This document shows, piece by piece, positions 46,997 to 57,194 of a stretch of 64,000 nt of DNA; the first letter of the stretch is position 1, and every line of letters begins with the position of its first letter. The notes below the pieces were generated by a model that did not search any database, was not told the DNA's origin, and worked only from the letters and a program-made list of their open reading frames with translations. The DNA is taken from assembly GCA_965205265.1 (NCBI GenBank), contig CBDBGH010000003.1, positions 608,001 through 672,000 on the forward strand. The letters are read 5' to 3'. The stretch comes from Alphaproteobacteria bacterium (GTDB lineage Bacteria; Pseudomonadota; Alphaproteobacteria; Bin95). Position numbers and translations under genes: made by a program.

Positions 46997-47789
46997 CCCG
47001 GTCGAGAAAGGCCAGCAGCGGCGCGTTGAACGCCTCCGGCGCTTCGACATTCGAGAAGTGCCTGAGCCCCGGCAGCATGACAAGTTCGGCCCCGGCAATG
47101 CCGTCGCGGAGCTCCTCGGCGCGGACAGGCGGCGTCACCGGGTCGTCGCCCGCGCCCAGCACCAGGACCGGGCAGGAGATCCGGTCCAGCCGGTCCAGAT
47201 AGTCGAGTTCGGCGACGGCCGAGGTGCCCGCCAGATAGCCGGTAATGTCCGTCGCGTTGAAGATGTCGCGAATTGCCGCGTAGTCCGGCCCGGCGGCATC
47301 GGCGAAGGCGTCCGAGAACCAGAGCTTGTGGGTCATTTCCCAGACCGGCGCCATGCCCGATGCGCGGACCACCGCCTGGCGCTCGACGACCCATTGGCGG
47401 TACCAGGGCGTTGCGCGGGCCATGGTGTTGCAGAGCGCCGCGGCGCGCACGCGGTCGGGATGCCCGATGGCGACGCCTTGTGCGATCATGCCGCCGGTGG
47501 AAATGCCGACGAATGTCACCTGCCCGATGTAGAGCGCGTCCATGACGCCCACGGCGTCGGAAACGAAGCCGTCGAGCGAATAGGGCCCTTCCGGCGCATC
47601 GCTGGCGCCGTGGCCGCGCCAGTCATAGAGCAGCAGCCGGTAGCGCCCGGCGAGCGCCGGGACCTGCCGGTCCCAGATACGGTGGCTGGTGCCCATCGCA
47701 TGCGCCATCATCACCACCGGGCCGTCGGCAGGCCCTTGCCAGCGATAGAAGAAGCGGTTGCCGCCGACCTCGACATATCCCTCCGTCAT
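46977..47789 (-). CDS. Alpha/beta hydrolase (3-oxoadipate enol-lactonase-like)
   Basis: 'YDWRGHGAS', nucleophile 'GISTGG', 'GDDPVTP', 'HFSNVE'. Confidence 0.88.
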   Translation of the reverse strand: MTEGYVEVGGNRFFYRWQGPADGPVVMMAHAMGTSHRIWDRQVPALAGRYRLLLYDWRGHGASDAPEGPYSLDGFVSDAVGVMDALYIGQVTFVGISTGGMIAQGVAIGHPDRVRAAALCNTMARATPWYRQWVVERQAVVRASGMAPVWEMTHKLWFSDAFADAAGPDYAAIRDIFNATDITGYLAGTSAVAELDYLDRLDRISCPVLVLGAGDDPVTPPVRAEELRDGIAGAELVMLPGLRHFSNVEAPEAFNAPLLAFLDRVTSPPR

Positions 47790-48901
47790 CGGTCGATCCT
47801 GTAGGCTTCGACTTTGTCTGGATCGAGCCGGATGCCGAAGCCCGGCCGGTCCGACACATGCAGGCGGCCGTCGCGGAGTTCGGGCGGGTCGAGCCACATG
47901 CCGGGCCAGATCGGGTCGCGCTCCGGGTCCGCGAAACACTCGACCGCAAAGCTGTTCGCCGTCGCGGCCAGCAGGTGAAGCGCGATCTGCGGTTCCTCAT
48001 GGTGGGTCATCTGCACATCGTGCAGGCGGCAGACCGCGGCTGCATCCAGCCAGGCCGTTGGCCCGCCCGCCTCCGAAGCGTCGATATTGACCATATCGAC
48101 GGCCCCCGCCTCTACCAGCCGGCGCGCGCCGTGCGCGGTAATCTCGCTCTGGCCTGCATTGACGGGAATGGACGTTGCGTTGCGCAAGGCCGCCATGGCG
48201 GACACGTCGTCGAACCAGTGGCAGGGCTCCTCGAACCAGGCGATATCGAGCGGCTCCACCAGCCGCGCAAAGCGTTCGGCATCGCGCCGGTTCCAGCCCC
48301 GGTTTGCGTCCACCGCCAGCATGAAGTCTGGACCGGCGCCGTCGCGGCAGGCTGCCACCCGCTCGGCGTCTTCCTCGGGCGAAAGGCCGCCGACCTTCAC
48401 CTTGCAGCCCGCCATGCCCCATTCCTGCAACTGGTGCATTTCCCGGCCCAGATCGTCCAGCGTCTTGCCCTCTTCGTAGTAGCCGCCGATGGAGAAGGTC
48501 GGCAGCGACTCGCGCGCGCCGCCCATCAGCCGAGCCACGCTGACGCCGTAGATGCGCCCGAGGGCGTCCCAGACCGCGCTGTCCACGCAGGCTATCGCCT
48601 CCAGCAGCAGCTTCGGCGCCATGGCCGCGCCGGGCACGCGGGCGAACATTCCGTCATGGTGCCGGCGCCAGTCGCGCAGATCCTTGCCCACCGCCAGCGG
48701 CGCCAGGACGTCTTCCACCAGCCGCGCGATTTCCCGGCCCTCGGAGCGGTTGTCGCCGTTATAGACCTCCGCGGTCGGCCCGTCCCTGACCGTCAGCCGG
48801 GTGATGACCGTGCAGCGGGTCGGCACCGCATAGGTGCTGCCGCCGAAGACCCGGGACAGCGGAATTTCTATCGGTATCGCTTCGATTCGCTCGACAATCA
48901 T
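47786..48901 (-). CDS. Mandelate racemase/muconate lactonizing enzyme family
   Basis: 'KVKVG', 'VDAN', 'WFEEP', 'GQSE', 'RPGFG'. Confidence 0.9.
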   Translation of the reverse strand: MIVERIEAIPIEIPLSRVFGGSTYAVPTRCTVITRLTVRDGPTAEVYNGDNRSEGREIARLVEDVLAPLAVGKDLRDWRRHHDGMFARVPGAAMAPKLLLEAIACVDSAVWDALGRIYGVSVARLMGGARESLPTFSIGGYYEEGKTLDDLGREMHQLQEWGMAGCKVKVGGLSPEEDAERVAACRDGAGPDFMLAVDANRGWNRRDAERFARLVEPLDIAWFEEPCHWFDDVSAMAALRNATSIPVNAGQSEITAHGARRLVEAGAVDMVNIDASEAGGPTAWLDAAAVCRLHDVQMTHHEEPQIALHLLAATANSFAVECFADPERDPIWPGMWLDPPELRDGRLHVSDRPGFGIRLDPDKVEAYRIDR

Positions 48902-48972
48902 GAATGCCGCCTCCGGCAGACAGGGAACGGAGCGGAGTTTGCAAGCTCGCATCCCCCCTGTCTAATGGCCGG

Positions 48973-50268
48973 ATGAGCGGGGCGGCCAAAGCGGGGATCG
49001 ATCTGGGGACCTGCTACCGGTTTTTCGTTCCGCTCATCTTCATGACCGAACTCAACATGATCTCGAAGTCGGTTATCAACGCCTTCCTCGCGCGCATGGA
49101 CGACAGCAGCATCGTGCTCGCGGCCTTCCACAGCGCCTTCACGCTCTACTACTCCATCGCCAGCGGCACCGAGGTCTGCTCCCTTCTGACGCTCTCCTAC
49201 ATGCGCACCCGCCGCGCGCTCGGCCGCCTGTTGCGCTTCATGGTCATCATCGTCGCGATTCCCTGGGCTGTGGCGCAGCTGCTGGCTTTCACGCCGCTCG
49301 GCGATCTTGCGTTTCGCATATTGTTCGGTATCAGCGACGCCGCGGTCGCCGAGGCCAAAACGGCGACCTTCCTGCTGTCGCTGAGCGCGCCGATCCTGAT
49401 TTGCCGATCAATTGCCTTCGGCCTCCTGATGATCGGGCAGAAAACGATCTGCATCACCTGGGCGACGGTCGCGCGGCTGGGCTCGCTCGCCGGCTCGCTT
49501 GTCGTGTTGCCGCTTGTGCTGGAGGGTGCTGCCGTGGGCGCGGGGGCGCTGGTATTCGCCATGCTATGCGAGACGGTGGTGGCAGTCTTTTTCGCCCGGC
49601 GCATCTTTGCCGGCCTGCCCGAGCACGGCGAGGCGCCGCCGACCCTGAGAACCCAATGGCGGTTTTCCTGGCCGCTCATGCTGAACTCCTCGGCCGAGAT
49701 GGGCATGGTCTTCGCCATCAGCGTGTTTCTCGGGCGCCTTCCCGATCCCGACCTGGCGCTCGCCGCATTCGCAATCGTGTACGGTCTGGCGGGTCTGATG
49801 TTGAGCCCGCTGCGCAACCTGGTGCAGAGCGCGCAAACGCTTGTGCGCCGCGCGGACGACCGACCGGTGATCCTGAAATTCGCCGGACAGCAGATGCTGT
49901 TCTTCGGCGCCGTGGCAGCGCTCCTGTTCCACACGCCGCTCGACAGCCTTGTGCTTTCCGAGGCGATGGGTCTCGAACCCGTGCTCGAAGCCTATTGCGC
50001 GCCCGCTATGCAGATCGCGTTTGCCATGGCTGCTTTCTGGGGCCTGTCGGCAGTCTTTCGCGGCCTTCTGGCAGGCGCCAGGGTCACGGGCGCGCTCGCC
50101 GTATCCGGCATCGCCCGCATTGCTGCGGCCGCACTCGTCGCAGCCGCGGGGCTGTTGCTACCCGGCGGCAACGGAGCCATCATCGGCCTCGTCGCCTGGA
50201 TGGCGGGCTATGGCGCGGAAGCTGCCATTCTGGCGCTCCGGGTGCGTCGGCTCGGACCGCGCGGCTAG
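48973..50268 (+). CDS. MATE/MOP-fold membrane transporter (ANKH-like)
   Basis: About 12 TM segments with two-fold internal repeat ('FFVPL..INAFLAR..LAAF' / 'FSWPL..ISVFLGR..LAAF'). Confidence 0.7.
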   Translation: MSGAAKAGIDLGTCYRFFVPLIFMTELNMISKSVINAFLARMDDSSIVLAAFHSAFTLYYSIASGTEVCSLLTLSYMRTRRALGRLLRFMVIIVAIPWAVAQLLAFTPLGDLAFRILFGISDAAVAEAKTATFLLSLSAPILICRSIAFGLLMIGQKTICITWATVARLGSLAGSLVVLPLVLEGAAVGAGALVFAMLCETVVAVFFARRIFAGLPEHGEAPPTLRTQWRFSWPLMLNSSAEMGMVFAISVFLGRLPDPDLALAAFAIVYGLAGLMLSPLRNLVQSAQTLVRRADDRPVILKFAGQQMLFFGAVAALLFHTPLDSLVLSEAMGLEPVLEAYCAPAMQIAFAMAAFWGLSAVFRGLLAGARVTGALAVSGIARIAAAALVAAAGLLLPGGNGAIIGLVAWMAGYGAEAAILALRVRRLGPRG

Positions 50269-50753
50269 TCCTCTTCAGCGGTCTCCTCCTCGGAGACTTC
50301 GCGGACGACGAGCGTCACGCCGTCGACCTCCACGACCGTTACTTCGGTATCCGCTGGCAGATCGCCCTCGGGCGATGCCAGGCGGAGCGCCCACATCGTG
50401 TCTCCGATCCGCACCCGGCCGCGGCCGCTGACGGTCGCATCCCGCAGCGTGGCGCGCGTGCCGACCATGCTGCGGCCGCGCCGGTTCAGGGTCGGGTGGT
50501 CGGTGGGGCCCTGTCTGAAGGCTACGAAGCGCCGCCCCAGGAAGATCGCCGCCACCGACAGGACGGCGAAAGAGACTAGTTGAACCTGCCAGTCCAATTC
50601 CGGAACGGCGGCAAGCAGCAGCCCGGTCAGGACCCCGGCGATCCCGAGCCAGAGGAAGACGACGCCCGGGACGAGGATTTCCACCAGCATGAGCAGGACG
50701 CCGAGCGCCAGCCAGTGCCAGTAGGAGATATCCTCGGGGGAAAACGTTTCCAT
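50265..50753 (-). CDS. NfeD family protein
   Basis: 'WLALGVLLMLVEI', 'GRGRVRIGDTMW', 'VVEVDGVTLVV'; downstream of the SPFH gene. Confidence 0.9.
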   Translation of the reverse strand: METFSPEDISYWHWLALGVLLMLVEILVPGVVFLWLGIAGVLTGLLLAAVPELDWQVQLVSFAVLSVAAIFLGRRFVAFRQGPTDHPTLNRRGRSMVGTRATLRDATVSGRGRVRIGDTMWALRLASPEGDLPADTEVTVVEVDGVTLVVREVSEEETAEED

Positions 50754-50763
50754 GGACCGGGCC

Positions 50764-51765
50764 TCAGGCGCCGGAACCGGAAGGCGGCACCGAGCTTCCG
50801 CGGCGCGGGGCGGGCGGGCCCGAATCCCCGTCTTTGCCGAAGGCCTCCTTCGCGATCTCGGTGAGGCCTGCAAGTGCGCCGATCACGCCGGAGGCCTCAA
50901 GCGGCATCAGCACGACCTTCTGGTTGCGCGCGCTGGCGATGCCCTCGAGCGCCGTGACGTATTTCTGCGCGACGAAATAGTTGATCGCCTGGACGTTTCC
51001 CTCGCCGATGGCCTTGGAGACCATTTCGGTGGCGCGCGCTTCCGCCTCGGCCTCGCGTTCGCGCGCTTCGGCATCCCGGAAGGCGGCTTCCCGCCGGCCT
51101 TCGGCATCGAGGATCGCCGCCTGTTTCTGCCCTTCGGCGCGAAGGATTTCCGCCTGCCGCACGCCTTCCGCCTCCAGGATGACCGCGCGCTTTTCGCGCT
51201 CGGCTTTCATCTGGCGCGCCATGGCGTCCACCAATTGGGTGGGCGGGGTGATGTCCTTGATCTCGATGCGGGTGATCTTGACGCCCCAGGGCGCGGTCGC
51301 TTCGTCCACGACCTTCAGCAGTTCCGCGTTGATCTTGTCGCGCTGCGACAGCAACTCGTCGAGGTCCATGGAGCCCATGACTGTCCGGATATTGGTCATC
51401 GTCAGGTTGAGAATCGAGATTTCGAGGCGGCGCACTTCGTAGGATGCCTTCACGGCGTCGAGAATCTGGAAGAACACCACGCCGTCCACGGTCACCATCG
51501 CATTGTCGCGGGTGATGATCTCCTGCGAGGGCACGTCGGTCACCTGCTCCATCACATTCTGGCGCTGGCCGATGCGGTCCACGATGGGGACGATGAGGTG
51601 CAGTCCGGGCGCGAGCGTCCGCGTGTAGCGGCCGAAGCGTTCCACCGTGAACTCGAAGCCCTGCGGGACCGTCTTCACGCCCATGAACACGAGCGCCACG
51701 GCGAAGACCAGCACGACGACCACGAACACCGAAAACGGACTCAACACAGGTATCGCGTCCAGCAT
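50764..51765 (-). CDS. SPFH/stomatin (QmcA-like) protein
   Basis: 'VERFGRY', 'ITRDNAMVTVD', 'QMKAEREKRA'. Confidence 0.93.
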   Translation of the reverse strand: MLDAIPVLSPFSVFVVVVLVFAVALVFMGVKTVPQGFEFTVERFGRYTRTLAPGLHLIVPIVDRIGQRQNVMEQVTDVPSQEIITRDNAMVTVDGVVFFQILDAVKASYEVRRLEISILNLTMTNIRTVMGSMDLDELLSQRDKINAELLKVVDEATAPWGVKITRIEIKDITPPTQLVDAMARQMKAEREKRAVILEAEGVRQAEILRAEGQKQAAILDAEGRREAAFRDAEAREREAEAEARATEMVSKAIGEGNVQAINYFVAQKYVTALEGIASARNQKVVLMPLEASGVIGALAGLTEIAKEAFGKDGDSGPPAPRRGSSVPPSGSGA

Positions 51766-51858
51766 TTTCCGATTTTCTCCAACGGGTTGGCGGGAGCATC
51801 GCTCGTTACTCGCAGAATAGGCGAGTCGCGGTTGGCGGAACAGGTGGAAAAGCCGGTT

Positions 51859-54036
51859 TCACGTCCGCTCCGCCGCGTCCCGGATTGCCCGCCAGATGCG
51901 GAACGGACTGGCGGCTCCCTCGAAGCGCGTGACGCCGAGCGGCGCCAGCGCATCGAGAATGGCGTTGGTGACGGCGGGGTATCCGGCGATGGTGCCGGCC
52001 TCGCCGCATCCCTTCACGCCAAGCGGGTTGGTCGTGCATCTCGTCGGCGTGAATGCGATGTCGAAGGACGGCAGGTCGTCGGCGCGCGGCATGGCGTAGT
52101 CCATGAAGGAGCCGGTAATCGGCTGGCCCGTTTCCGGCTCGAACACCGCTTCTTCCAGCAAGGCCTGCCCGACGCCCTGCGCGATGGCGCCATGCACCTG
52201 GCCGGCGACGATGGCATCGTCGATATGCTCGCCATAGTCGTCGAAGGCCGCATAGCGGACCAGGCGCACCGCCCCCGTCTCCGGGTCGATCTCGACTTCC
52301 GCCAGATGGGTGCCGTTCGGGAAGGTCATCCAGTCCCGCGCCCAGTGGTAATAGGTGTCGAGCGCGCCGTCCCCGGCAAGTTCGAACAGGCCGACGGTCC
52401 GGTCGGTGCCGGCGACGCGGAACTCACCCGCTTCGTATTCGATATCCGCCTCCGCCGCCTCCAGCCGGTCCGCCGCCAGGACCCGGCCCTTCTTCACGAC
52501 GATCTCGCTCGCGCGGAAAATCGCCGTGCCGGCCATATAGGTTGCGCGCGAGCTGCCATGACCGCCTCCCATGGGGATCTCATCCGTGTCGCCCTGGACG
52601 AGGCCGATCCGGCCGCTGGGCAGGTCAAGGCAGCGGGCCACGATTTCCGGGAAGGTGGTCTCGTGCCCCTGGCCGATATGCTGCGTGCCGGTCGCGAGGT
52701 CCACGCGGCCGTCGCCGTGGAAGCGCAGTTCGACATTCTCCTCCGGGAAACCGCCGGTCGCCTTGATGTGGCAGGCGAAGCCCAGACCGCGAAGCAGGCC
52801 CGCGGCCTCGCTCTCGCGCCGGCGTGCCGCGAAACCCCCGGCGCTCCGCTCGGCAAGCGCAAAACCCTCCCGGAAGGCGCCGCTGTCCACCGTGAAGCCA
52901 AGCGCATTCGTCATCGGCAGGCCGGATACGAGATTTCGGCGCCGCAGCTCCTCCCGGGCGATGCCCGTCTCTGCCGCCGCCTTGTCGATCAGCCGTTCGA
53001 GGATATTGACCATTTCGGCGAAACCCGGCCCGCGCGTCACGCCCTCGGGCGGCGTATTGGTCAACACCGCCCGAATATGCAGGGCAACGGCCGGAATGGC
53101 ATAAACCGAGCCGGCCAGATGGACGAATTGGCCTGTCTGGACGCCGCCCGCGACATTGCCGAACCATGCGCCTGCGTTCGCCGTGCTCGCGACCCTGAGC
53201 GCCAGAAAGCGCCCTTCGCCGTCGAGCGCGAGCTCGGCCTCTGCGCGCTGGCCCCGGCACTGGTGGTCGCTCAGGAAGACCTCGGAGCGCGTCGCCATCC
53301 AGCGCACCGGGCGTCCGAGCCGCTGCGCGGCCCAGAGCAGCAGTACATGCTCGGGATAGGCGAAGTTCTTGACGCCGAAGCCTCCGCCCACGTCCTCTGC
53401 GATAAAGCGCACCCGCTCGGGCTCCACGCCGAGGCATGCGGCCACATGGTCGCGATTGACATGCAGGTTCTGGCTGGAGAGCCGGAGTGTGTAGCGGCCT
53501 TCCTCCGGGTCGTAGAAACCGGCCGCACCGCGCGGCTCCATCGGGTTGATGACCACGCGATGGTTCAGCAGTGCGATCCCGACCCGGTGGGCGGCCCGCG
53601 AGAATGCCGCTTCGACGGCTTCGGCGTCGCCGGTCCGCCAGTCGAGGCAGACCCTTTCCGGCTCCGGGTCCAGCGCCTCATAGACGACCCGCACCCGGTC
53701 CGCCGCATCCAGGGCCTCGTCCGGCGTGGCCCCGGTAACGAAAGCGACCGGCTGGCCCGCATAATGGGCGGTATCCCGCGCCAGCAGCGGCTGCGCCTCG
53801 CAATCGAACGGCTCGCCCGTCTGCATGTTGGCGGGCTGGTAGGGTCGCAGGCCCCCGAGGCCGGCAATGTCCCCCGCGGTGAAGACCTGCACACCGCGGC
53901 CCTCGACCGCCCGGATGCGGGCATGCGCATGCGGGCTGCGCAGAAACGCTGCCCAGAGCGCGCCCGGAACACCGATGTCGTCCAGATAGCGGCCCCGTCC
54001 CATAATGAACCGGGCGTCCTCGCGCCTGCCTGCCAC
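51859..54036 (-). CDS. Xanthine dehydrogenase/CoxL-family molybdopterin-binding large subunit
   Basis: 'RREDARF..G.GRY.DD', 'RSPHAHA', 'VGGGFGVK', 'GQGHET', 'GQVHGAIAQG', 'GVKGCGE'. Confidence 0.92.
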   Translation of the reverse strand: MAGRREDARFIMGRGRYLDDIGVPGALWAAFLRSPHAHARIRAVEGRGVQVFTAGDIAGLGGLRPYQPANMQTGEPFDCEAQPLLARDTAHYAGQPVAFVTGATPDEALDAADRVRVVYEALDPEPERVCLDWRTGDAEAVEAAFSRAAHRVGIALLNHRVVINPMEPRGAAGFYDPEEGRYTLRLSSQNLHVNRDHVAACLGVEPERVRFIAEDVGGGFGVKNFAYPEHVLLLWAAQRLGRPVRWMATRSEVFLSDHQCRGQRAEAELALDGEGRFLALRVASTANAGAWFGNVAGGVQTGQFVHLAGSVYAIPAVALHIRAVLTNTPPEGVTRGPGFAEMVNILERLIDKAAAETGIAREELRRRNLVSGLPMTNALGFTVDSGAFREGFALAERSAGGFAARRRESEAAGLLRGLGFACHIKATGGFPEENVELRFHGDGRVDLATGTQHIGQGHETTFPEIVARCLDLPSGRIGLVQGDTDEIPMGGGHGSSRATYMAGTAIFRASEIVVKKGRVLAADRLEAAEADIEYEAGEFRVAGTDRTVGLFELAGDGALDTYYHWARDWMTFPNGTHLAEVEIDPETGAVRLVRYAAFDDYGEHIDDAIVAGQVHGAIAQGVGQALLEEAVFEPETGQPITGSFMDYAMPRADDLPSFDIAFTPTRCTTNPLGVKGCGEAGTIAGYPAVTNAILDALAPLGVTRFEGAASPFRIWRAIRDAAERT

Positions 54037-54090
54037 GTTCCCCACTCCCGCTTTCGGGCTATAGTAGCCGCGTTGCGAGGGGAGAGTCCC

Positions 54091-55476
54091 ATGGCCGAAC
54101 TCTGGGAGCTGACTGCGGAGGAAGCGGTTCGCCGGCTGACCGCGGGCGAGGTGTCGCCGCTGGAACTGGTGGACGCTTCCATTGCCCGGATCGAGGCGGT
54201 TGACGGGGCGGTGAATGCGCTGCCGCTGCACCGGTTCGACCGCGCCCGCGATGACGCCAGGCGGCTCAGCGATGTGCCGCCCGGCGACCGGGGGCTGCTG
54301 GCCGGCCTGCCCATCGCCATCAAGGACCTGATCGACGTGGAAGGCATGCGGACGACCTACGGCTGTCCGCTCTATGCCGAGAATGTCGCGGCCAAATCCG
54401 ATCCGCTCGTGACCCGGCTGGAGGCGCGCGGCGGCATTGTGGTGGCCAAGTCGAGCTCTCCGGAAATGGGCATGATGCCGGTGACGACGAACCGGGTCTT
54501 CGGCCACACGCGCAACCCCTGGAACCTCGAGACGACTCCGGGCGGCTCGTCGGGCGGCGCCTCGGCGGCGCTGGCGGCGGGCGAGGTCTGGCTCGCGCAC
54601 GGCTCCGACATAGGCGGCAGCCTTCGCATCCCGGCGGCCTTTGCGGGCGTGTGCGGTCTGCGCCCGAGCCCCGGGCGGGTGCCGCGCACCCATTCGCACC
54701 GCTGCTTCAACCATATGTCGGTGCAGGGCCCGATGGCGCGGTCGGTGGGCGACATCGCACTCTTCCTCGACGCCATGTCGGGCCTTCTGACAAGCGACCC
54801 GCTGAGCCTGCCCGATCCCGAGGGCTCCTTCCGGGCCGAAGGCAAGCGACCGGCCCGCATCGGCTATGTCGCGGATATCGGGCTTGGCGGCGTCGAACCC
54901 GATGTCGCCGCGGTCGTCGAGGGCGCGCTCGCCAGGCTGGACATTCCCGTGGAGCCCATTGCGCTCGATTTCGGCGACATGGCCCGGCTGTTCTCGGTGA
55001 TGATCGCGCACAACACCCTGATCGAACGCGCGGACTTCATTGCGGAAAACCGGGAGAAGCTGGAGCGCGTGCTGGGCCTGCTGCTCGACTTCGCCAACAC
55101 GCTCACCGCCGAGGATTTCATCTGGGCGGAGCGGGAGCGCGCCGCCGTGTTCCAGCGCCTTTGCCAGGCGTTCGAGCAGGTCGATGTCATCGTGATGCCG
55201 ACGGTCTGCTGCACGGCCTTTTCGGTCGAGGAGCGCGGCGCCCGGGTGGACGAATGGTCCGAAGCGCCGCCGCCCTGGTTCCAGCAATGCTGGGGCACGG
55301 TGCTGACGTCCTGCCCGATCCTCGCGATCCCGGCCGGCCTCGCGCCGAACGGCATGCCGGTCGGCCTCCAGATCGTCGCGCCGGTCCGGCGGGAAGACAT
55401 GGCGATCGCCGCGGGCCGCGCCATCGAGGAGGCGGCCGGCGCGCTCCCGGCCATCGACCCGCGGCCGGCCTCCTGA
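54091..55476 (+). CDS. Amidase signature family enzyme
   Basis: 'IKDL', 'GGSSGG', 'GSDIGGSLRIPA'; GGAGAG RBS. Confidence 0.92.
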   Translation: MAELWELTAEEAVRRLTAGEVSPLELVDASIARIEAVDGAVNALPLHRFDRARDDARRLSDVPPGDRGLLAGLPIAIKDLIDVEGMRTTYGCPLYAENVAAKSDPLVTRLEARGGIVVAKSSSPEMGMMPVTTNRVFGHTRNPWNLETTPGGSSGGASAALAAGEVWLAHGSDIGGSLRIPAAFAGVCGLRPSPGRVPRTHSHRCFNHMSVQGPMARSVGDIALFLDAMSGLLTSDPLSLPDPEGSFRAEGKRPARIGYVADIGLGGVEPDVAAVVEGALARLDIPVEPIALDFGDMARLFSVMIAHNTLIERADFIAENREKLERVLGLLLDFANTLTAEDFIWAERERAAVFQRLCQAFEQVDVIVMPTVCCTAFSVEERGARVDEWSEAPPPWFQQCWGTVLTSCPILAIPAGLAPNGMPVGLQIVAPVRREDMAIAAGRAIEEAAGALPAIDPRPAS

Positions 55477-55512
55477 CTCCCGGATATCCAGCCCCCCAAC
55501 GGAGACCCCTTC

Positions 55513-55977
55513 ATGGTCGGAAAGATCGACGCCCGCCTCGCCGAACTCGGCATAGAACTGCCCGATGCACCCGCACCCGCCGCCAACTATGTGCCCTGGG
55601 TCAGGAGCGGCAATCTGCTCTTCGTGGCGGGCCAGGTTTCCGGCAACAACCAGGGTATCCACAAGGGCCGCCTCGGGGACGATCTCGGCCTCGAGCAGGG
55701 CGTCGCTGCGGCCAGGGCCTGCGCGCTCAACCTCATCGCGCAGGCGAAGGCCGGCTGCGGGGGCGACCTCGACCGCGTGGCGCGCGTCGTCAAGCTCGGC
55801 GGTTTCGTCAATTGCACGCCGGACTTCGTCCAGCATCCCCAGGTCGTGAACGGTGCCTCGGACCTCATCGTCGAGATATTCGGCGAGACGGGCCGCCATG
55901 CCCGCTTCGCTGTGGGCGCGCCATCCCTGCCGATGGGCTTCGCGGTCGAGGTCGATGCCGTGTTCGAGATCGACTGA
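55513..55977 (+). CDS. RidA/YjgF family protein
   Basis: 'PAANYVP', 'NGASDL', 'HARFAVG', 'VEVDA'. Confidence 0.92.
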   Translation: MVGKIDARLAELGIELPDAPAPAANYVPWVRSGNLLFVAGQVSGNNQGIHKGRLGDDLGLEQGVAAARACALNLIAQAKAGCGGDLDRVARVVKLGGFVNCTPDFVQHPQVVNGASDLIVEIFGETGRHARFAVGAPSLPMGFAVEVDAVFEID

Positions 55978-55983
55978 CCCCCC

Positions 55984-57144
55984 GTGCCCGACGGCAAGGA
56001 ACCGATCTCCGTCCGGATCGCGTCGGGCATAGACGCGGTTTGCGCAGAAGACTGGGACGCCTGCGCCGGAGACGGCAATCCGTTCGTTTCGCACGCCTTC
56101 CTGAAGGCGCTGGAAGACGGCGGCGCCGTCGGGGCCGATACCGGCTGGCTGCCGCAGCATCTCGTGGTCGAGGACGAAACGGGCCGCGTGTCGGGCGTCG
56201 CCCCCTTCTACATGCGCGGCGACAGCTATGGCGAATATGTCTTCGACCACGGCTGGGCGCATGCCTTTGAGCGCGCGGGCGGACGCTATTACCCGAAGCT
56301 GCTTTCCGCTGTGCCGTTTTCGCCCGTGCCGGGCCCGCGCCTGCTCGTTCGCCCCGGCGCTTTTGCCGAACAGGCGCGCGCGGCGCTCGCTTCGGCAATG
56401 GTCGAAATCGGCAAGCGGGCCGGCGTGTCGTCGGTGCATGTCAACTTTCTGCCGAAGGAAGAGTGGGACTATCTGGGCGAATTCGGTTTCCTCAAGCGGC
56501 TCGGCCAGCAATATCACTGGCACAATGACGGCTACCGGAGCTTCGACGATTTCTTGGCCGCGCTGAACTCGCGCAAGCGCAAGACAATCCGCAAGGAACG
56601 CCGGAAGCTGGAGGAATGGGGCCTCACGTTCGAAGCGCTCAGCGGCGACGGCCTCAGGGAGGAGCATTGGGACCTGTTCCACCGCTTCTACCGCAACACG
56701 GTGGACCGGAAATGGGGCGGGGCGTACCTCACGCGGGACTTTTTCTTCCGCCTGCACGAGACCATGGCCGACAAGACGGTGCTGATTGTTGGCCGGCGCG
56801 AAGGCAGGATCGTCTGCGGCGCGCTCAACATGCTGGGCGCGGACACGCTCTACGGGCGCAATTGGGGCTGCGACACGCGCTTCCGCTTCCTGCATTTCGA
56901 AGCCTGCTACTACCAGGCCATCGACTATGCGATCCGCGAGGGCCTCCAGCGGGTCGAGGCCGGCGCCCAGGGCCAGCACAAGATCCAGCGCGGCTACGTC
57001 CCGGTCGAGACCTACAGCGTGCATTGGATCGCCGACCGCAATTTCCGCCGGGCGGTCGCGGACTATCTGGAACGCGAGCGCGATGCCGTCGGCGACGAAA
57101 TCGAGTTCCTCGCCGATTTCTCGCCGTTCCGCAGAGAGGGATAA
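55984..57144 (+). CDS. FemAB-like GNAT protein (DUF482)
   Basis: 'SYGEYVFDHGWA', 'YYPKL', 'LYGRNWG', 'LHFEACYYQ', 'EAGAQGQHK'. Confidence 0.92.
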   Translation: MPDGKEPISVRIASGIDAVCAEDWDACAGDGNPFVSHAFLKALEDGGAVGADTGWLPQHLVVEDETGRVSGVAPFYMRGDSYGEYVFDHGWAHAFERAGGRYYPKLLSAVPFSPVPGPRLLVRPGAFAEQARAALASAMVEIGKRAGVSSVHVNFLPKEEWDYLGEFGFLKRLGQQYHWHNDGYRSFDDFLAALNSRKRKTIRKERRKLEEWGLTFEALSGDGLREEHWDLFHRFYRNTVDRKWGGAYLTRDFFFRLHETMADKTVLIVGRREGRIVCGALNMLGADTLYGRNWGCDTRFRFLHFEACYYQAIDYAIREGLQRVEAGAQGQHKIQRGYVPVETYSVHWIADRNFRRAVADYLERERDAVGDEIEFLADFSPFRREG

Positions 57145-57167
57145 CCGCCGGCAGCGCCGACCCAGCG

Positions 57168-57194
57168 TGTCATGGGATGTCATGTTTTGTCATG
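57168..57194 (-). repeat. Three CATGACA heptamers at 10-bp period, copy 2
   Basis: TGTCATG at 57168, 57178 and 57188 on the + strand. Confidence 0.9.

Noticed and set aside
50752-57183. Very long ORFs (1574 aa on +, 1774 aa on -) suggesting giant proteins
   Set aside because: They are antisense shadow frames in GC-rich DNA joined to real genes (amidase 54091-55476, Mo subunit 51859-54036). The extensions are reverse complements of other genes.
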